From Octopus bimaculoides (lineage: Eukaryota): a stretch of DNA of 64,000 bases. The stretch lies in NCBI RefSeq assembly GCF_001194135.2, contig NC_068983.1, forward strand, positions 90,115,106-90,179,105. The letters are read 5' to 3'. A model generated the notes under the pieces. The model did not search any database. It was not told the DNA's origin and saw only the letters and a list, made by a program, of their open reading frames with translations. Positions 62,012-64,000 of the stretch are shown piece by piece (positions within the stretch are counted from its first letter, which is position 1; every line of letters starts with the position of its first letter). A program made the translations under genes and the position numbers.

Positions 62012-63230
62012 TGTTATAAACTGGTCTCTTGCTACTGTTGTATCTAGGGATCATTACAACATCCACTCAGTCATGTCTGTGCTGATATAGTAATTACACT
62101 GTGATACTATCAACACAGTCTACACGTACTCCTGTACTCTACATACTTCCTCAATACTGGCCGACGTCACCTTACTTATAGTGACTGGCTTGTACCATTT
62201 GTCATGTGGTAGGGGTGTACCATTATTACTAATTCCTTACATCTCCCCTTTTAAGTTTTTCTTAGGAAGTGTCAGTTTATTTAGCAATAATATTTTTATT
62301 CTCCCACCACCCTTTTTTGAGTTTTTGAGTTTTTTGGGGGTTTTTTTTCAAATAATTTAATATTTTTTCTCTTGGCATCTATTTTCAGGACTCTGTATGT
62401 TTTCTTTTCCTTTCACTTGTATGCCTAAGTTCAATCACCTGCAGTGACGTTGGTACTTGGAACGTATAGTACAACCATTCCATCGGTTCCTCCAACTATT
62501 TTGGTTTGCTTGCCATAAATCTCTTTTCAGTTGGTTCCTGTATCTCTTTTGTATGTCTTTTCTACTTTTTACCCAATACATCATGTTACCTATGTATTTG
62601 ATACTTTTGCCGTCTTCCCAGTTCTGCTTTCCATTTTTGTATGTCCTCAAATACACCTTATCAAAAAATTATGCTATGTCTCTCCTGGCATGGCACTTTT
62701 TCTTTTCTTGCTCGGTAGCAATTTATCAAAAGCTGACTTTACTTTCCTTGCAAACATCAGCTCCGCTGGTGAGCTACCTGCTGGTGTATTTGGATTTGGT
62801 GTTACACTGTATACTCTTAAAAATAGTTGAGCTACCTCATCTGTGCTTTCTTTATTTGCTTTTCTTAAAGCTCTTTTGAAGGTATCTGCCTGTCCATTAG
62901 ATCTAGGATGGTATGGTGCTGTTGTTATATGTTCTACTGCAAACATTGCACAAAATGTTAAAAATTCGCTAGACACAAATTGTGTTCCATTGTCAGACAC
63001 TATTGTCTCTGGGATACCAAATCTTGCAAACAATTCATGTAAAAAATTTATCACAAACAATCGAGGAGGTTGGATTTTCACACTTAACAATTTCAGGCCA
63101 TTTTGAAAGCTACCCACTACCACAAAGTAGTAAGAACAATTTAAAGGACCAGCGAAATTGATGTTTAGTCTCAGCCACGAAACATTTACGTTTGGCCAAG
63201 GTTCCCATTTTATTTTTTCGCACAAGGTCC
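62012..63230 (-). mobile_element. Gypsy 3' portion: integrase, PPT and 3' LTR
   Basis: rve motifs NFAGPL, FGIPETIVSDNGTQF and TAPYHPRSNGQA. PPT cttaaaaggggaga at 62255-62242. LTR 62241-62012 with TGT...ACA ends. Confidence 0.9.
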
Positions 63231-63514
63231 ATTTCGTTTTGATTTAAATATGTGTTTTACTTTGTTTTACTGCAATTCTTTTGTTTCAGTCTCTCAGCCA
63301 CATTTAAACCTTCGACTGAGGTGACTGTATTTCTACATAAAACACTTATGGGCTTATTCCATAAATTGAATAGTTCTGTCTATTCTGTGCTGAATAAGTG
63401 AATGTTTTAATACTTATATCCTAGCCTTTTTTGTTTGACCTTGAAATGTTATGTTATGCATTCATTGATAAAATATAATCTTTTTCCTGTAATACCATGT
63501 ACTTCCTTTTTATG

Positions 63515-63705
63515 TTCATATATGTATGTATATATGTATTATATATAAGTATATATATGTACATATAAGTAAATATATGTATATATAAGTATATATATAT
63601 GTATATATATGTGTGTATATGTATATATATGTTTGTATATATATATATATGTACATATGTATTTATATGTATATATGTATATACATGTATATATATGTAT
63701 ACATG
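63515..63705. repeat. (TA)n/(TATG)n microsatellite
   Basis: Directly visible in the sequence. Confidence 0.9.
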
Positions 63706-64000
63706 ATTCGCTCCAATCTCTCTAAAATCCACACTATCGACCGCCTTCTTCCTCCAGCCTTTTCCATATTTTTCTCCTCTCTGTCACCCTCCCATGCTCA
63801 CAATACATTGCGCTTTATCATTCAACTTAATCATCTCTTTCATGCATTTCTTACCGACACTAAGCTCCGCAAACTTCACTCACTCCTCCATTCCTCTACA
63901 CCCGATGCCACTACCCCAACCCCTCCACCACCCTTCTCCCTCCCTGATGTGCATTCCCCACCCACACCCAACCACCCTGCCTCTCCCACACACACTCCAC

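Noticed and set aside
3122-63732. ORFs made of YI/HT/CV/SL/LL repeats
   Set aside because: They are translations of microsatellites, not genes.
48864-64000. TESK exon 3 (FMGVCV...LHALTE expected)
   Set aside because: No matching sequence was found by eye; it probably lies beyond the window.

Overview
This is AT-rich, repeat-dense eukaryotic DNA with N gaps; the SINE/RTE/microsatellite repertoire suggests an octopus, which is my inference rather than a database result. Host genes: (1) a TESK-family (TESK1/2, Drosophila cdi-like) kinase on +, with coding exons at 20981-21304 and 48742-48863 separated by a 27.4-kb intron; later exons were not found. (2) A candidate unidentified gene on -, divergent from TESK, with four phase-compatible exons (14887-14906, 8999-9086, 2725-2816, 1734-1764). 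Most of the rest is decayed transposons: mariner, Tc1 and DD37D/maT DNA transposons, two RTE-clade LINE families carrying a PHD-like finger, Gypsy LTR fragments, Penelope-like (PLE) RT and GIY-YIG remnants, three SINE families, TTAA MITEs and a ~171-bp satellite with 3-mer higher-order structure. The most unusual signal is a set of type I hammerhead-ribozyme motifs (3797-3861 +, 6156-6226 -, 17255-17345 -). They share a 6-bp stem I followed by TAAC and a palindromic stem III, and two sit at the turn of long fold-back inverted repeats. A second dispersed repeat has a hammerhead-like fold with a compensatory stem II change. No CRISPR, rRNA or intact tRNA gene was seen. All folds and alignments were done by eye.
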